64,000 nucleotides of DNA from Clostridia bacterium (GTDB lineage Bacteria > Bacillota > Sulfobacillia > SLMV01), in NCBI GenBank assembly GCA_003551365.1, contig PUMM01000141.1, forward strand, positions 369 to 64,368, read 5' to 3'. This document shows, one piece after another, positions 37,935 through 47,448 of the stretch. Position numbers and translations under genes: made by a program. Every line of letters starts with the position of its first letter. The stretch's first letter is position 1. The notes under the pieces are model-generated. The model was given only the letters and a program-made list of their open reading frames with translations, ran no database searches and had not been told where the DNA came from.

Positions 37935-38723
37935 TCATCTGGGGTTTGCCGTCGGTCGGGCACGGATGATTACTGCAGCTATGGAAATGAGGATGAGGGC
38001 ACTCCCGATGCCAGCCGCCGTGATGATGGCGGTCTCCACCGGCTCGCTGCTGAGCCGCTGCGAGATTATGCCGTAGAAGGCCCAAAGTACTACGGCGGCG
38101 TAAGCGATATCCCGGCGCCGCAGAACATACACCGCGCCCAGCGCAGTTGCGGCCGCCAGCACCAGCACCGTCCAGAAAGCATCGGACATTCCAAAGCCGT
38201 TCCATCCGAGATGCACCAGAAGTACTGTTACGTTGGCAATGGTGGCGACGCTGATCCATCCCAGGTAAATGCTGAATGGCAGCTTGGCCAACCAGTTTGC
38301 ACTGAGATCAACGACCCCGGACGGATTCAGTCTCCGGTGCAGGGCTAAGAGGGTGACCAGCAGGGCGAGCATGATCACCAGCGACAGGCCGATCTGTAGA
38401 TAATGCCAGGCGAAAATCCATGCTGCATTCAGCAGAGACGAGACGAAGAACAGATAGCCCGTCGTATCGAGCGCGAGCACCCGTCCGTCTCCGCCGCGCA
38501 GCAGGTCCAGTACCTGGTAACCCACGTATAATCCCAGCAGCAGGTATATCAAACCCCATATGGAAAAGGTAAACCCCGCCGGGGTGAACAGGTTGGGGTA
38601 TAGATCCGAAATGTACTCAGTGGAGTTGCCGCCTATAGGCAGTGTGTTGGCCAGAATATTCACTGTCACCATGGCGGCATAGCCGGCGATGTTGAGGCGC
38701 AGCAAATGTCTTCCTTCAACCAT
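37935..38723 (-). CDS. TspO/MBR-related tryptophan-rich membrane protein (long form), paralogue 2
   Basis: Track ORF 37935..38957; ATG 38723 sits 9 nt after AAAGGA. Blocks LFTPAGFTFSIWGLIYLLL, LNAAWIFAWHY and FSIYLGWISVATIAN. Confidence 0.6.
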   Translation of the reverse strand: MVEGRHLLRLNIAGYAAMVTVNILANTLPIGGNSTEYISDLYPNLFTPAGFTFSIWGLIYLLLGLYVGYQVLDLLRGGDGRVLALDTTGYLFFVSSLLNAAWIFAWHYLQIGLSLVIMLALLVTLLALHRRLNPSGVVDLSANWLAKLPFSIYLGWISVATIANVTVLLVHLGWNGFGMSDAFWTVLVLAAATALGAVYVLRRRDIAYAAVVLWAFYGIISQRLSSEPVETAIITAAGIGSALILISIAAVIIRARPTANPR

Positions 38724-39034
38724 CTCTGCACATCCTTTCGCGAAGAATAGTGAGCAAGTAAGGTTTATTATATAGCAGTGCCCAGGCAATGATAAGCTCT
38801 TGTGTGCACCTTCTGGTAACTGGCTGGAAAGAGCCTTCAACAGCTCTGCCTCGTTCTCTGCAGCTGGTGAAAGGGTTGCCGGGCAGGAATGGAATTGTTT
38901 TTCGGAGAAAGGTCCCGGCATCCCTGGATTGTCCCTCGTCCAGCGAACAGAGGTCAAAGATGTCCTCCGCCGGGCGAGCTCTTTGCAGATTTTGCGACTG
39001 CAGAGGCAAATCTCACCGGGAAGGAGTGAGGGGT

Positions 39035-39919
39035 ATGCAGCTGCGGGTGGCCCTGTGCCAGTACGAAACGGAGCTGTCCAGCAAAGCGGAAAATGTAGAC
39101 AGGAGTGTTGCGTGGCTGGAGCGGGCGGCGGAGGAAGGTGTAGACCTGGCCGTTTTGCCCGAGCTCATTATCTCCGGCTACGCGGCGGGGGAAGAGCACC
39201 TGGAGATGGCCGAGCCGGTGCCTGGTCCGGTCACCGGGATGTGGGGAGATGTCGCCCGGAGAAACAGTATGTATGTCGTGGGTGGATTGGGCCGGAGAGA
39301 TGAGGCACTGGATGGGGTGATATACAACTCGGCGGTGCTCATAGGCCCCACCGGGGACGTAATCGGGGTGTACGACAAGGTGGTCCCGCCTCTGTATCTG
39401 CACACCCTGTACAGCCGGGGTGAGCAGATGATGATAGCGGAGGCAGAACTGTTTCGCTGCGGAAACTCCCTGCCGGTGTTTCCCACGGAGGTGGTCCGGT
39501 TCGGACTGCAGGTCTGTCAGGATGCGGTCTACGGTGAATTTGTCCGGGTGCAGGCCAGAAGAGGTGCGCAGGTGGTGGTGCAGATCTTCAATAATCCCGC
39601 CCCGCCGGGTCCAGCCGATGACATCCTGCCGGATGTTAGCCGGGTGCATGCCTGGGAAAACGGAGTCTACATAATTGCGGCCAACAAGTGCGGGACGGAA
39701 ACCGGGGAGTTTGCTGGTCAGCAGACAGAGGTGACCTTTCAGGGAGAGTCACATGTGGCCGACCCATTCGGTGAAATCATCGGCCGTGCGGCTGTCCGGT
39801 CTTCCGAACTTCTGGTGGTCGATATTGATACCCAGCGAGTGAAAGAGGCACAATGGGTGCATAAGTTCCACCGCGACTACCGCGGCGACCTGCTGTGGGA
39901 TCTCGTCGACGACGTATAA
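39035..39919 (+). CDS. carbon-nitrogen hydrolase (nitrilase superfamily amidohydrolase)
   Basis: Track ORF 38789..39919; ATG 39035 sits 8 nt after AAGGAG. MQLRVALCQYE.., ..LAVLPELIISGY.. (catalytic Glu context) and ..RFGLQVCQDAVY.. (catalytic Cys context CxD). Confidence 0.8.
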   Translation: MQLRVALCQYETELSSKAENVDRSVAWLERAAEEGVDLAVLPELIISGYAAGEEHLEMAEPVPGPVTGMWGDVARRNSMYVVGGLGRRDEALDGVIYNSAVLIGPTGDVIGVYDKVVPPLYLHTLYSRGEQMMIAEAELFRCGNSLPVFPTEVVRFGLQVCQDAVYGEFVRVQARRGAQVVVQIFNNPAPPGPADDILPDVSRVHAWENGVYIIAANKCGTETGEFAGQQTEVTFQGESHVADPFGEIIGRAAVRSSELLVVDIDTQRVKEAQWVHKFHRDYRGDLLWDLVDDV

Positions 39920-40038
39920 CGGGAGGGACGGGGCAATCTGCCATCCGGCGAATGACGGGAGGCGGAGCACAACCCTGCATTTTCTGTGCAGCACATCCCT
40001 CCCGGCGTCATTGTATCATCAGAGAGGAGAGATGCAGC

Positions 40039-40698
40039 ATGCGATCCTTTATGGTTGACAGAACTGGGGAGGGACCGTACCGGTCAGCCTTCGAGCAAAG
40101 CCTGGAGGTCTTTGGACGTGCCGATCCCGCACAGATGGCGCACCGCGCCGGGGCCGACCATGATCCCGGAAGCTCGGTCATCAGACTGTCGAGCCTTGGA
40201 TACCCGCTGGAGGTTTCCCATCCGTTTGGTGATGTGACCTTCAGGGGAACGGGAGAGCGCCCCATATGGCAGTGGCAGCTGGTGACCTTGAATTACCTGG
40301 GCCGGGCGGACGGGACTCCCCTGTCCGGCAGGCTCACTGCGTTCCGTGATTTGGAGGGAGGGTGGGTATTTCAGGAGCCCTTTGTCCGCCACACATTATC
40401 CCGCCTGGCTGAAAGAGTGCTGGAGGAACACATACCGGCCCTGCGGTGGGCCCTTCAGGAGTTGGGTGGCCAGCTCATCGATGTGGGTGACGTGGGTGCA
40501 GATCTGCCCCTTTTCCCCCGCTTCCCAGTGACGGTAGTCTGCTGGTCCGGCGAAGACGAGTTTCCTTCCTCTGCCAATGTGTTGTTTGACAGTACGGCCA
40601 ACCACTATCTGCACACAGAGGACGCCTCCGCTGCCGGCAGCATCATCATCAGCTTCCTGAATCATCTCATGGACGAAAGGGAAGGGGGGCGGTTCTGA
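40039..40698 (+). CDS. DUF3786-like protein
   Basis: Track ORF 39895..40698; ATG 40039 follows GAGAGGAGAG. The pattern ..LVTLNYLGRADGTPLSGRLTAFRDLEGGWVFQEPF.. and ..LPLFPRFPVTVVCWSGEDEFPSSANVLFDSTANHYLHTEDA.. fits my memory of DUF3786. Assignment is moderate. Confidence 0.5.
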   Translation: MRSFMVDRTGEGPYRSAFEQSLEVFGRADPAQMAHRAGADHDPGSSVIRLSSLGYPLEVSHPFGDVTFRGTGERPIWQWQLVTLNYLGRADGTPLSGRLTAFRDLEGGWVFQEPFVRHTLSRLAERVLEEHIPALRWALQELGGQLIDVGDVGADLPLFPRFPVTVVCWSGEDEFPSSANVLFDSTANHYLHTEDASAAGSIIISFLNHLMDEREGGRF

Positions 40699-40732
40699 TG
40701 GAAGGTAGAGTCGCAAGTGCGGCCTCGGCTCT

Positions 40733-43700
40733 TCATGAGGCCCCTGCATCTTCGGCGTCCAGTACTTCGAGGAACATCCGCACCAGGTGGGGATCGAACT
40801 GGGAGCCAGCGTTTTCCACAAGCTCCCGCCTGGCTTCATCTTCACTCATGGCGGAGCGATAGGGTCGATCGTTGGTCATGGCATCATACGCGTCGACTAT
40901 GGACAGTATGCGGCATTCTATGGGTATGTCTTCCCCGGAAATTTGCAGCGGATATCCCGTTCCATCCCATCGCTCGTGGTGCTTGAGTATCAGATCGGCA
41001 ACTTTCGCCAGGTCGGGATCGGACAGGGCCACCCGGTAGCCCTTTTCGCAGTGCTGCCGCATCTCCTCCCACTCCTCGTCATTCAGGGGGCCCGGCTTGA
41101 ACAGGATGCGGTCGGGAACACCCACCTTTCCCAGATCATGTACCTGAGCCAGCAGACCGAGGTCGGCGAGCTGCCGGGAATTCAGGTCTGCCCGCTTTCC
41201 CAGCTCCTGGCACAATCTCTGCATGCGTTCGGCGTGTCCCTGCGTTATGTGATCCCTCTCGGCCAGGGCGGCCATCAGGGCGTCGAGTACGCGGCGGCGT
41301 CCGGTTCCCTGCTGCAGCAGCTTGTTGCGGTACATGTCCTGGTCGGCAGCGCGGCGCAGGTCGTGCAGGGAGCGGTCGCGATGCACTGCCGTGGCGAACC
41401 CAAGAGATATACTGATGGGAGTCTTTCGGTCGCGCCGATTATACTCGTGTATCGCGGTCCCAATTTGTCCGGCGATCTCCTCTGCCTCGTCCGCCGTGGT
41501 GCAGGGGAGAATCACACCAAACTCATCTCCGCCGAGGCGCGCGAGTTCGGCCGAGGCGGGAAGATTGTCGTGCAGTATACTGGCGCAGATCTGCAGCAGT
41601 TCATCCCCTGCCGCATGCCCCATGGTGTCATTGACGATTTTCAGGCCGTCCACGTCGGCCGAAAGGAAGGTCAGAGGATAGCTGTCCTTCCCGTCAATCT
41701 GTAGCAACCGGCGTTCAAAGTGGTTGCGGTTGTGCAGGCCGGTTAGCTCGTCGTGAAATGTGAGGTAGTTTATCTGCTGCCGTGCCTCGCTCCGTTCGAG
41801 GGCGCTGAATATGATCTCTCCCGCTATGCGAATTGCCCTGATGTCTTCTTTCTTCCAGGGATCTTGCGCCTGGCCCCCATCCAGACGAATGGTTCCAGCC
41901 AGGCTGGATTCCAGTGCAATGGGTACGCAGAGGATTGCTCCGAGCAGCCCCTCGGAAAAATGCTCGGGCCGCACGCAGGCGTCTTGCGGCAGGTCTTCCG
42001 GATCGGAGACCTGGATCTCCCCGTCACTCTGTACTCTTCTGGTGCAGAAGTGCGGGGTGCTGTCTCCTTTTGGCCGCAGATCATCCGGTAACGGGTCGAC
42101 CTTCGGGGCGCACCACCGGTAGCACCTTTGATAGGCAGCCGACTCCGGGCTCATTCGATTGGCGTAGACCCGGTCCGCACCGGCGAATTCCCCGATGATC
42201 TGCAGGCTCTTCCGCACCGTGTTCTCGATGTCTCTAACCGGCGCGTGCAGGAATAGTCCAGATAGCTCTGCGGCCAGCTCCTGCCGGGCCAGCTCTTCGC
42301 CCAGTGCCTCTTCTGCTTCTTTCCTGTCGGTGATGTCGCGGGCCGCTGCGTAGATGGTGGTACCATGCGGTTCGGAATTCCATTCTATGTAACGGTAGGA
42401 GCCGTCTGCGGCGAGATAGCGGTTGACGAATCCACGACCTCCCTCCTGTCTGTCCAGTTGGGCCATCCTCTTCTGCGTCGCGCTCAGATCTTCTGGGTGG
42501 ATGAAGTCGAGGAACTTCTGGCCTTCCAGGTCCTTTTCGCTGTATCCAAGTATGTGCGCCCAGGCCCGGTTCACCCGCAGAAAGCGTCCTCTTGTATCGG
42601 CTATGCACAGGGGTTCGGGGACCAGATTGAAGTAGGTTTCCAGCTCTTCCGTCTTCTTCTGCAGAGCTCGTCTGATGCGGTGCTGTTCGGTGACATCCGA
42701 GAAAACGATGGTGGCCCCACGCACCTCGCCGTCACTTCCGCAAATCGGAGCGGCGGAGTCGGCAATTTGCCTTTTCTCCCCGCAGCGTGAGGTCAGCACC
42801 GTGTCGTTGGCCAGGCGGATAGTCTGTTCCTGCTGCAGAACTCTGTGCAGGAGGGAGGAGATTGGATCCCCATTGCGATTATCCCAGATGTTGAAGACCT
42901 GTGGCAGGGGACGCCCCATGGCCTCTCCTGAGGGCCAGCCTGTGAGGCGCTCTGCCGCCGGATTCAGCAGGTCCACTCTTCCCTCCGCGTCAGTGGCGAT
43001 CACTCCATCCCCCAGGGAGTGGAGTATGGTGGACAGGTATTCCTTGCTTTCGTGCAGCGCGGCGTCGGCCTGTCGATAGCGGATCATGCGGCCCAGCTGC
43101 AGTGCGATTGCTGCCAGCAACTCTTCTTCCTCGGGCAAAAAAGACGTCTCGCTTCTGCGCAGGCAGACCTCAATAGTCCCCAGGTGTTCTTTTCCCGCCG
43201 CTATTTCCTGACTCAGGCGCGGTGCATCCTCGGACCAGCCGGGGGTGCGGGCCTCGTGTTCTCCCAGGCGAATGCGCGCCTCGGTGGCTGTGGGATTCTG
43301 AAAGGCGGCCGGCAACCTGTTGATGATGCTCATTGCGGTTTGCTTGCGCGTCAGGTGGGTCTCGTCCGGCAGTCGGGATAGTTGGTACAGCAGATCGAGC
43401 TCCTTCTCGCGTTCGCGTAGCTGGTGGCGCATGTGGGATAGCTCATCGTCTGTCCCCTGTCCTCTTTCTGGAGCCGCAAGAGTCACCAGCACCCGCCCTG
43501 TCCCGGGCAGTTTTCGGCAGTGCAGGCTGGTCCGGATCTCGCTTCTGTCGCCAGTACGCAGGGCTGCATCGAAGCGACACTTCCCTTTGTCGTCCAGAGC
43601 TCGATGGCTTTCAATCCAGCCCCCCGCCCTGTCGAGTTGATCGATCTTTTCGCCCCGCAGGTCCTGGTCGCATTTGAGCAACTGATGGGCTGGTTCATTG

Positions 43701-44077
43701 GCGGCTTCGATAACTCCATCTTTGCAGCAGATAATTGCGGGAACATGTGCGCAATGTACCAGCTCGCGCTCGGCAGCGGCCGATGTGGCTTCCTTTCCTT
43801 CCGCCGACAGATATGCCGCGCGGATGAGGCCGGCTGACAGAGCCACGTGCAGGGCTACAGTGATGGGAGCAGAAGATGCGACGAGAGGTGACAGCAGCAC
43901 CCCCAGACAGCCAAGGGCTGCTGTCGTAGCTGCATACACCCGGGCGCCGTGGCGGTAGAACATCGCCGCAGCCAGCAGCGTGAAGGCCGCCAGAGCCGCC
44001 GGGGACGTCCAGGGAGTGAGGACTAGGAGTATGAGTGCTGTTGCGCCGAGAAAGTGAATGTAGATACCCTTTGCCAC
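40733..44077 (-). CDS. membrane-anchored PAS/GAF multi-sensor protein with GGDEF diguanylate cyclase and HD-GYP phosphodiesterase domains
   Basis: 1114 aa. N-terminal hydrophobic helices, several PAS/GAF-like segments, ..HDELTGLHNR..RLGGDEFGVIL.. (GGDEF intact, no RxxD upstream), then ..HDLGKVGVP.. and ..HHERWDGTGYP.. (HD-GYP intact). Confidence 0.85.
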   Translation of the reverse strand: MAKGIYIHFLGATALILLVLTPWTSPAALAAFTLLAAAMFYRHGARVYAATTAALGCLGVLLSPLVASSAPITVALHVALSAGLIRAAYLSAEGKEATSAAAERELVHCAHVPAIICCKDGVIEAANEPAHQLLKCDQDLRGEKIDQLDRAGGWIESHRALDDKGKCRFDAALRTGDRSEIRTSLHCRKLPGTGRVLVTLAAPERGQGTDDELSHMRHQLREREKELDLLYQLSRLPDETHLTRKQTAMSIINRLPAAFQNPTATEARIRLGEHEARTPGWSEDAPRLSQEIAAGKEHLGTIEVCLRRSETSFLPEEEELLAAIALQLGRMIRYRQADAALHESKEYLSTILHSLGDGVIATDAEGRVDLLNPAAERLTGWPSGEAMGRPLPQVFNIWDNRNGDPISSLLHRVLQQEQTIRLANDTVLTSRCGEKRQIADSAAPICGSDGEVRGATIVFSDVTEQHRIRRALQKKTEELETYFNLVPEPLCIADTRGRFLRVNRAWAHILGYSEKDLEGQKFLDFIHPEDLSATQKRMAQLDRQEGGRGFVNRYLAADGSYRYIEWNSEPHGTTIYAAARDITDRKEAEEALGEELARQELAAELSGLFLHAPVRDIENTVRKSLQIIGEFAGADRVYANRMSPESAAYQRCYRWCAPKVDPLPDDLRPKGDSTPHFCTRRVQSDGEIQVSDPEDLPQDACVRPEHFSEGLLGAILCVPIALESSLAGTIRLDGGQAQDPWKKEDIRAIRIAGEIIFSALERSEARQQINYLTFHDELTGLHNRNHFERRLLQIDGKDSYPLTFLSADVDGLKIVNDTMGHAAGDELLQICASILHDNLPASAELARLGGDEFGVILPCTTADEAEEIAGQIGTAIHEYNRRDRKTPISISLGFATAVHRDRSLHDLRRAADQDMYRNKLLQQGTGRRRVLDALMAALAERDHITQGHAERMQRLCQELGKRADLNSRQLADLGLLAQVHDLGKVGVPDRILFKPGPLNDEEWEEMRQHCEKGYRVALSDPDLAKVADLILKHHERWDGTGYPLQISGEDIPIECRILSIVDAYDAMTNDRPYRSAMSEDEARRELVENAGSQFDPHLVRMFLEVLDAEDAGAS

Positions 44078-44431
44078 AGCTCGAGCCTCCCCATTCTGAC
44101 GTAACCCGTCAATTTCCGTATCATAACTCTTCTATTTCACAGACGCAATCCCTTTACGCTTTCCGTTTATGGGGTGCTGCCGTGAGTAACGGGCAGACTG
44201 GCTGTTTCCCACCGGTGGTCATGCAGGAAATATGTGCTTCGGGCTCGCGCCGACCTGCCTGCGCCCACTCGTGCGAGGCCGCAGGCGTAGCCCGGGCGTA
44301 TTTGCTGCGGCAGATGATATACTAAAAAATAGAGAAGAATCCGGACAGATGGGGATTCCTCCCTGTGACCGATGTGCGGAAACGGGAAGTGCTTTGGATT
44401 GCGCTTTTGCGCATTTCACCGATGAGTGACT

Positions 44432-45577
44432 ATGGAGAGGAGTGATGAGGGTTTGGCTGATGTGGCGCGGGGACATGGGGTTGATCTGCAGGACCTGTCC
44501 GCGGGGACGGCCGAAGAGTATGCTGACAGGGTCGCGCATCTGGCAGCTACGGTTGATGAGATAATGGCTGGGCAGGAAGATGTGGAGGACCTCATCGGTG
44601 GGAACCCACTGAAGATGATGCGGGAGAATCACCGGCATCATGCCCGCTTCATGGCTACAGTGTTGACCCTGCGGGATGGGCACCTGCTGGCTTGTACCAT
44701 GCCTTGGGTGTTCCGGACCTACATGAACCGCGGGTTTGCTCCCGAGTATTTCCCCCGGGTTCTTTCCGCTTTCTGTCAGGCGGTGGATATCCACCTTTCT
44801 CCGGCAGCAGCCCGTTCAGCAAGATCCGTTTACCGTTGGATGAGCGAAAACTACGAGAGATTCCTGCGGGAATCGCGGTGCGCCCCGGACGACGATCTGC
44901 CGGAGTCTGCCGTGTGGGCGGATCTGCTGGCGGCATTTCTGCGGGCGCTGCTGCGGGGTGATCACCAGGAATGCCTGCGGCTGGCCGAGGATTCTGTGCC
45001 ATCTGCAGCTGATGTGCCGGATTTTTACCTGCAGGTCATCGGGCCCGCTCTGCTGGAGATAGGAGAGCGATGGGAGCAGAATCGTATTTCGGTGACGGAT
45101 GAGCATCTGGCTTCGTCCATCGTGTCCCGTGTGATGACCTCCTTTCATCTGCGCTTTATGCGCGGCGAATACAGTTGGGGCCGAGCGGTAGTGACGGCGG
45201 TGGCCGACGAGTATCACGAAATAGGAGCCCGCATGGTGGCCGACCTGCTGGAGTTTGACGGGTGGGATGTCACCTTTTTGGGGGCAGATACGCCGAGTGA
45301 GGAGCTCAAACGTATGCTCCGGCGCCACCCCCCTTTTTTCCTCGGTCTTTCGGTGACCATGCCATTCAACGTCGATCGGGTCAGGCGGCTAATTGGAGAG
45401 ATCAGGGGGCATGAAGAACTGGACGATATGTACATAGCCGTCGGCGGACAGGTGTTTTCGCGGCATCCCCATCTGGTGCAGGTGGTAGATGCTGATGCTG
45501 TCGCGACGGACGGCAGTGAGGCGGTGCGTATAGCCCGAGCCTGGTGGGAGGGAGCTCAATGTGATGAAGCGCAGTGA
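44432..45577 (+). CDS. cobalamin-binding protein with CarH-type light-sensor signature (unknown N-domain + B12-binding_2 cap + B12-binding Rossmann domain)
   Basis: Track ORF 44426..45577 (numbering from 44426). IGERW216EQNRISVTDE226H227LAS = Wx9EH. VTAVADEYH264EIGARMV = [D/E]xHxxG. GLSVT and VGG blocks follow. No DNA-binding domain recognised. Confidence 0.75.
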   Translation: MERSDEGLADVARGHGVDLQDLSAGTAEEYADRVAHLAATVDEIMAGQEDVEDLIGGNPLKMMRENHRHHARFMATVLTLRDGHLLACTMPWVFRTYMNRGFAPEYFPRVLSAFCQAVDIHLSPAAARSARSVYRWMSENYERFLRESRCAPDDDLPESAVWADLLAAFLRALLRGDHQECLRLAEDSVPSAADVPDFYLQVIGPALLEIGERWEQNRISVTDEHLASSIVSRVMTSFHLRFMRGEYSWGRAVVTAVADEYHEIGARMVADLLEFDGWDVTFLGADTPSEELKRMLRRHPPFFLGLSVTMPFNVDRVRRLIGEIRGHEELDDMYIAVGGQVFSRHPHLVQVVDADAVATDGSEAVRIARAWWEGAQCDEAQ

Positions 45578-46511
45578 AGATCTGCTGGGACGGTGCCCCG
45601 AGCCGGTTGCCCGCTATCTGCACAAACTCACGGACACCTCCCTCGCCGTCTTGGATGGTGATGGGGTGGTTGTGCAGTGCAATGAGGCCTTTGCCCGGCT
45701 GTTCGGGGCAGACCCGTCTACAGTCGTCGGAGACCGGGCGGAGCGCTACCTTTCCGGTGCAGATGGAATCGGTCTGTCGGATGGACGGCAGGCCATCCGG
45801 CGACGTTTCAACCTGCAGTGCGGCCCGGCACGGGGAACAGCATTGGACTGTCACGTTTTCCACTGGCGAGATGGCTGCGTACTCTTCGGGCGCAGTACCT
45901 TCGAATCTGATGAGGAGGTATTTCAGCAGCTGACCAGGCTGAACAATGAGCTATCGAACCAATCGCGCGAGTTGGCCAAAAAGAACGCCGAGCTGCTGCG
46001 GGCCAATGAGCAGATCGAACAGCTGATGCGGACTGATCATCTGACCGGCCTCGCCAATCGCCGCCACTTCCTCGAGCATCTGGAGAAAGCTGTTGCAGAC
46101 GCTCATCGGCACGGCAGGTCGCTTTCTCTGGCCGCTCTGGATCTCGATCACTTCAAGGAAGTTAACGATGAGCACGGCCACGCCGCCGGTGATGATCTGT
46201 TGGCGGCCCTCGGTGAGGTGCTGCAGGAGCAGACCCGCAAGGAAGACCTCCCCGCACGCATCGGCGGGGAGGAGTTCATGGTCTTACTGGTCGGAGCGGA
46301 CTGCAACCGCGCCGCGGTTTTTGCCGATCGTCTGCGGCGCGAAGTGGCCTCAATCGAACTCTCCTGTGCCGACATTTGTGTGACGGCCAGCCTGGGCGTG
46401 GCCGAACTGGGCTGCGGGGAATCTCCCGAAGACCTCATGCTGCGGGCGGACCGGGCCCTGTATCGCTCCAAAGAGGCAGGCCGCAATCGCATGACCGTCG
46501 CCGGTACATGA
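45564..46511 (+). CDS. PAS-like / coiled-coil / GGDEF diguanylate cyclase
   Basis: Track ORF 45561..46511; ATG 45564 sits 9 nt after GGGAGGGAG and overlaps the 3' end of the B12 gene by 14 nt. ..TDHLTGLANRRHF..RKEDLPARIGGEEFMVLL.. (GGEEF plus RxxD I-site). Confidence 0.85.
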   Translation: MKRSEDLLGRCPEPVARYLHKLTDTSLAVLDGDGVVVQCNEAFARLFGADPSTVVGDRAERYLSGADGIGLSDGRQAIRRRFNLQCGPARGTALDCHVFHWRDGCVLFGRSTFESDEEVFQQLTRLNNELSNQSRELAKKNAELLRANEQIEQLMRTDHLTGLANRRHFLEHLEKAVADAHRHGRSLSLAALDLDHFKEVNDEHGHAAGDDLLAALGEVLQEQTRKEDLPARIGGEEFMVLLVGADCNRAAVFADRLRREVASIELSCADICVTASLGVAELGCGESPEDLMLRADRALYRSKEAGRNRMTVAGT

Positions 46512-46610
46512 ACCGGACGACAGTCGCACGCCGCCTTCAGCCCGTTGGTTCGCTGCGGGTCAGCGGGTGCACCGTGCCCCGGTCAGGGCCGAAACCGTGC
46601 AGCTGCCGAC

Positions 46611-47051
46611 CTACTTGATTGCTGCCGCCAGCATGCGACCCGCGTTTCTCAGTGCTTCAGCTTCTTCCTCATCTGGCCGGTCCTGAACCATAACTGGCCC
46701 GGTTATCATATTGAAGTGGAACGAGTCGCATATGCGAATCAGGCTGTCTCGTGCCTTTCCGCCACCTCCGTGTGTGACGAATGTTACGCAGGGCTTGCCC
46801 CGCACGTCATCGCGTGTTGCATAGAAAGTCCTGTCAAAGAAATCTTTCACCATGCCAGACATGTAGTCGAAGTAGTCGGGCGTGCCCACGACAATTCCAT
46901 CGCAGGACAGAAGATCTTCGCTGCCGGCCTCGCGTGCGAGTTTCACGGTTACCTGAACATCTTTATCTTCCCTCACTCCTTCGGCCACCAGGTGCGCTGC
47001 GTCTTCCGTGTTACCGGAAAGAGTGTGGTAGATGATGAGAATCTTGGACAT
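46611..47051 (-). CDS. flavodoxin-fold protein
   Basis: Track ORF 46611..47060; ATG 47051 sits 8 nt after GAGGGGG. MSKILIIYHTLSGNTEDAAHLVAEG..VVGTPDYFDYMSG.. is a flavodoxin-like FMN-binding N-terminus. Confidence 0.75.
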   Translation of the reverse strand: MSKILIIYHTLSGNTEDAAHLVAEGVREDKDVQVTVKLAREAGSEDLLSCDGIVVGTPDYFDYMSGMVKDFFDRTFYATRDDVRGKPCVTFVTHGGGGKARDSLIRICDSFHFNMITGPVMVQDRPDEEEAEALRNAGRMLAAAIK

Positions 47052-47448
47052 TTCTCTCACCCCCTCGTTTCTATTTCGTCGTGCCGCCCGTCAGTACCTT
47101 CTCGCGTCAGGGGGATGTTAGGGGTGGGAGGGAAGAGGACATATGGTGGATGAGGGAGAAGAAATTACCTGTAGGATCCGGTGTGAGCACGTCCCTGCTC
47201 CTTTTTGCTGAGGCTGACATTCTGGCATTGGCGCTCCCGGCTGCACGGCGGGTGCGTGGTCAGGTAGGCCGGTATGTCCGGGGGGATTAAATCTGCTGAC
47301 GGGGCTAATGTGGCGCCTGGGGGCAGTGCAGATAACCTGCAAACCGCCCCGACTGCAGACAGCGTGCCGCCGGGTACCGGCAGTTCGAATTCGAGCATGA
47401 TTGCCCACCGGTTGTGGGTTTGATTGGCTACCGGAAGGAGATACGGGA

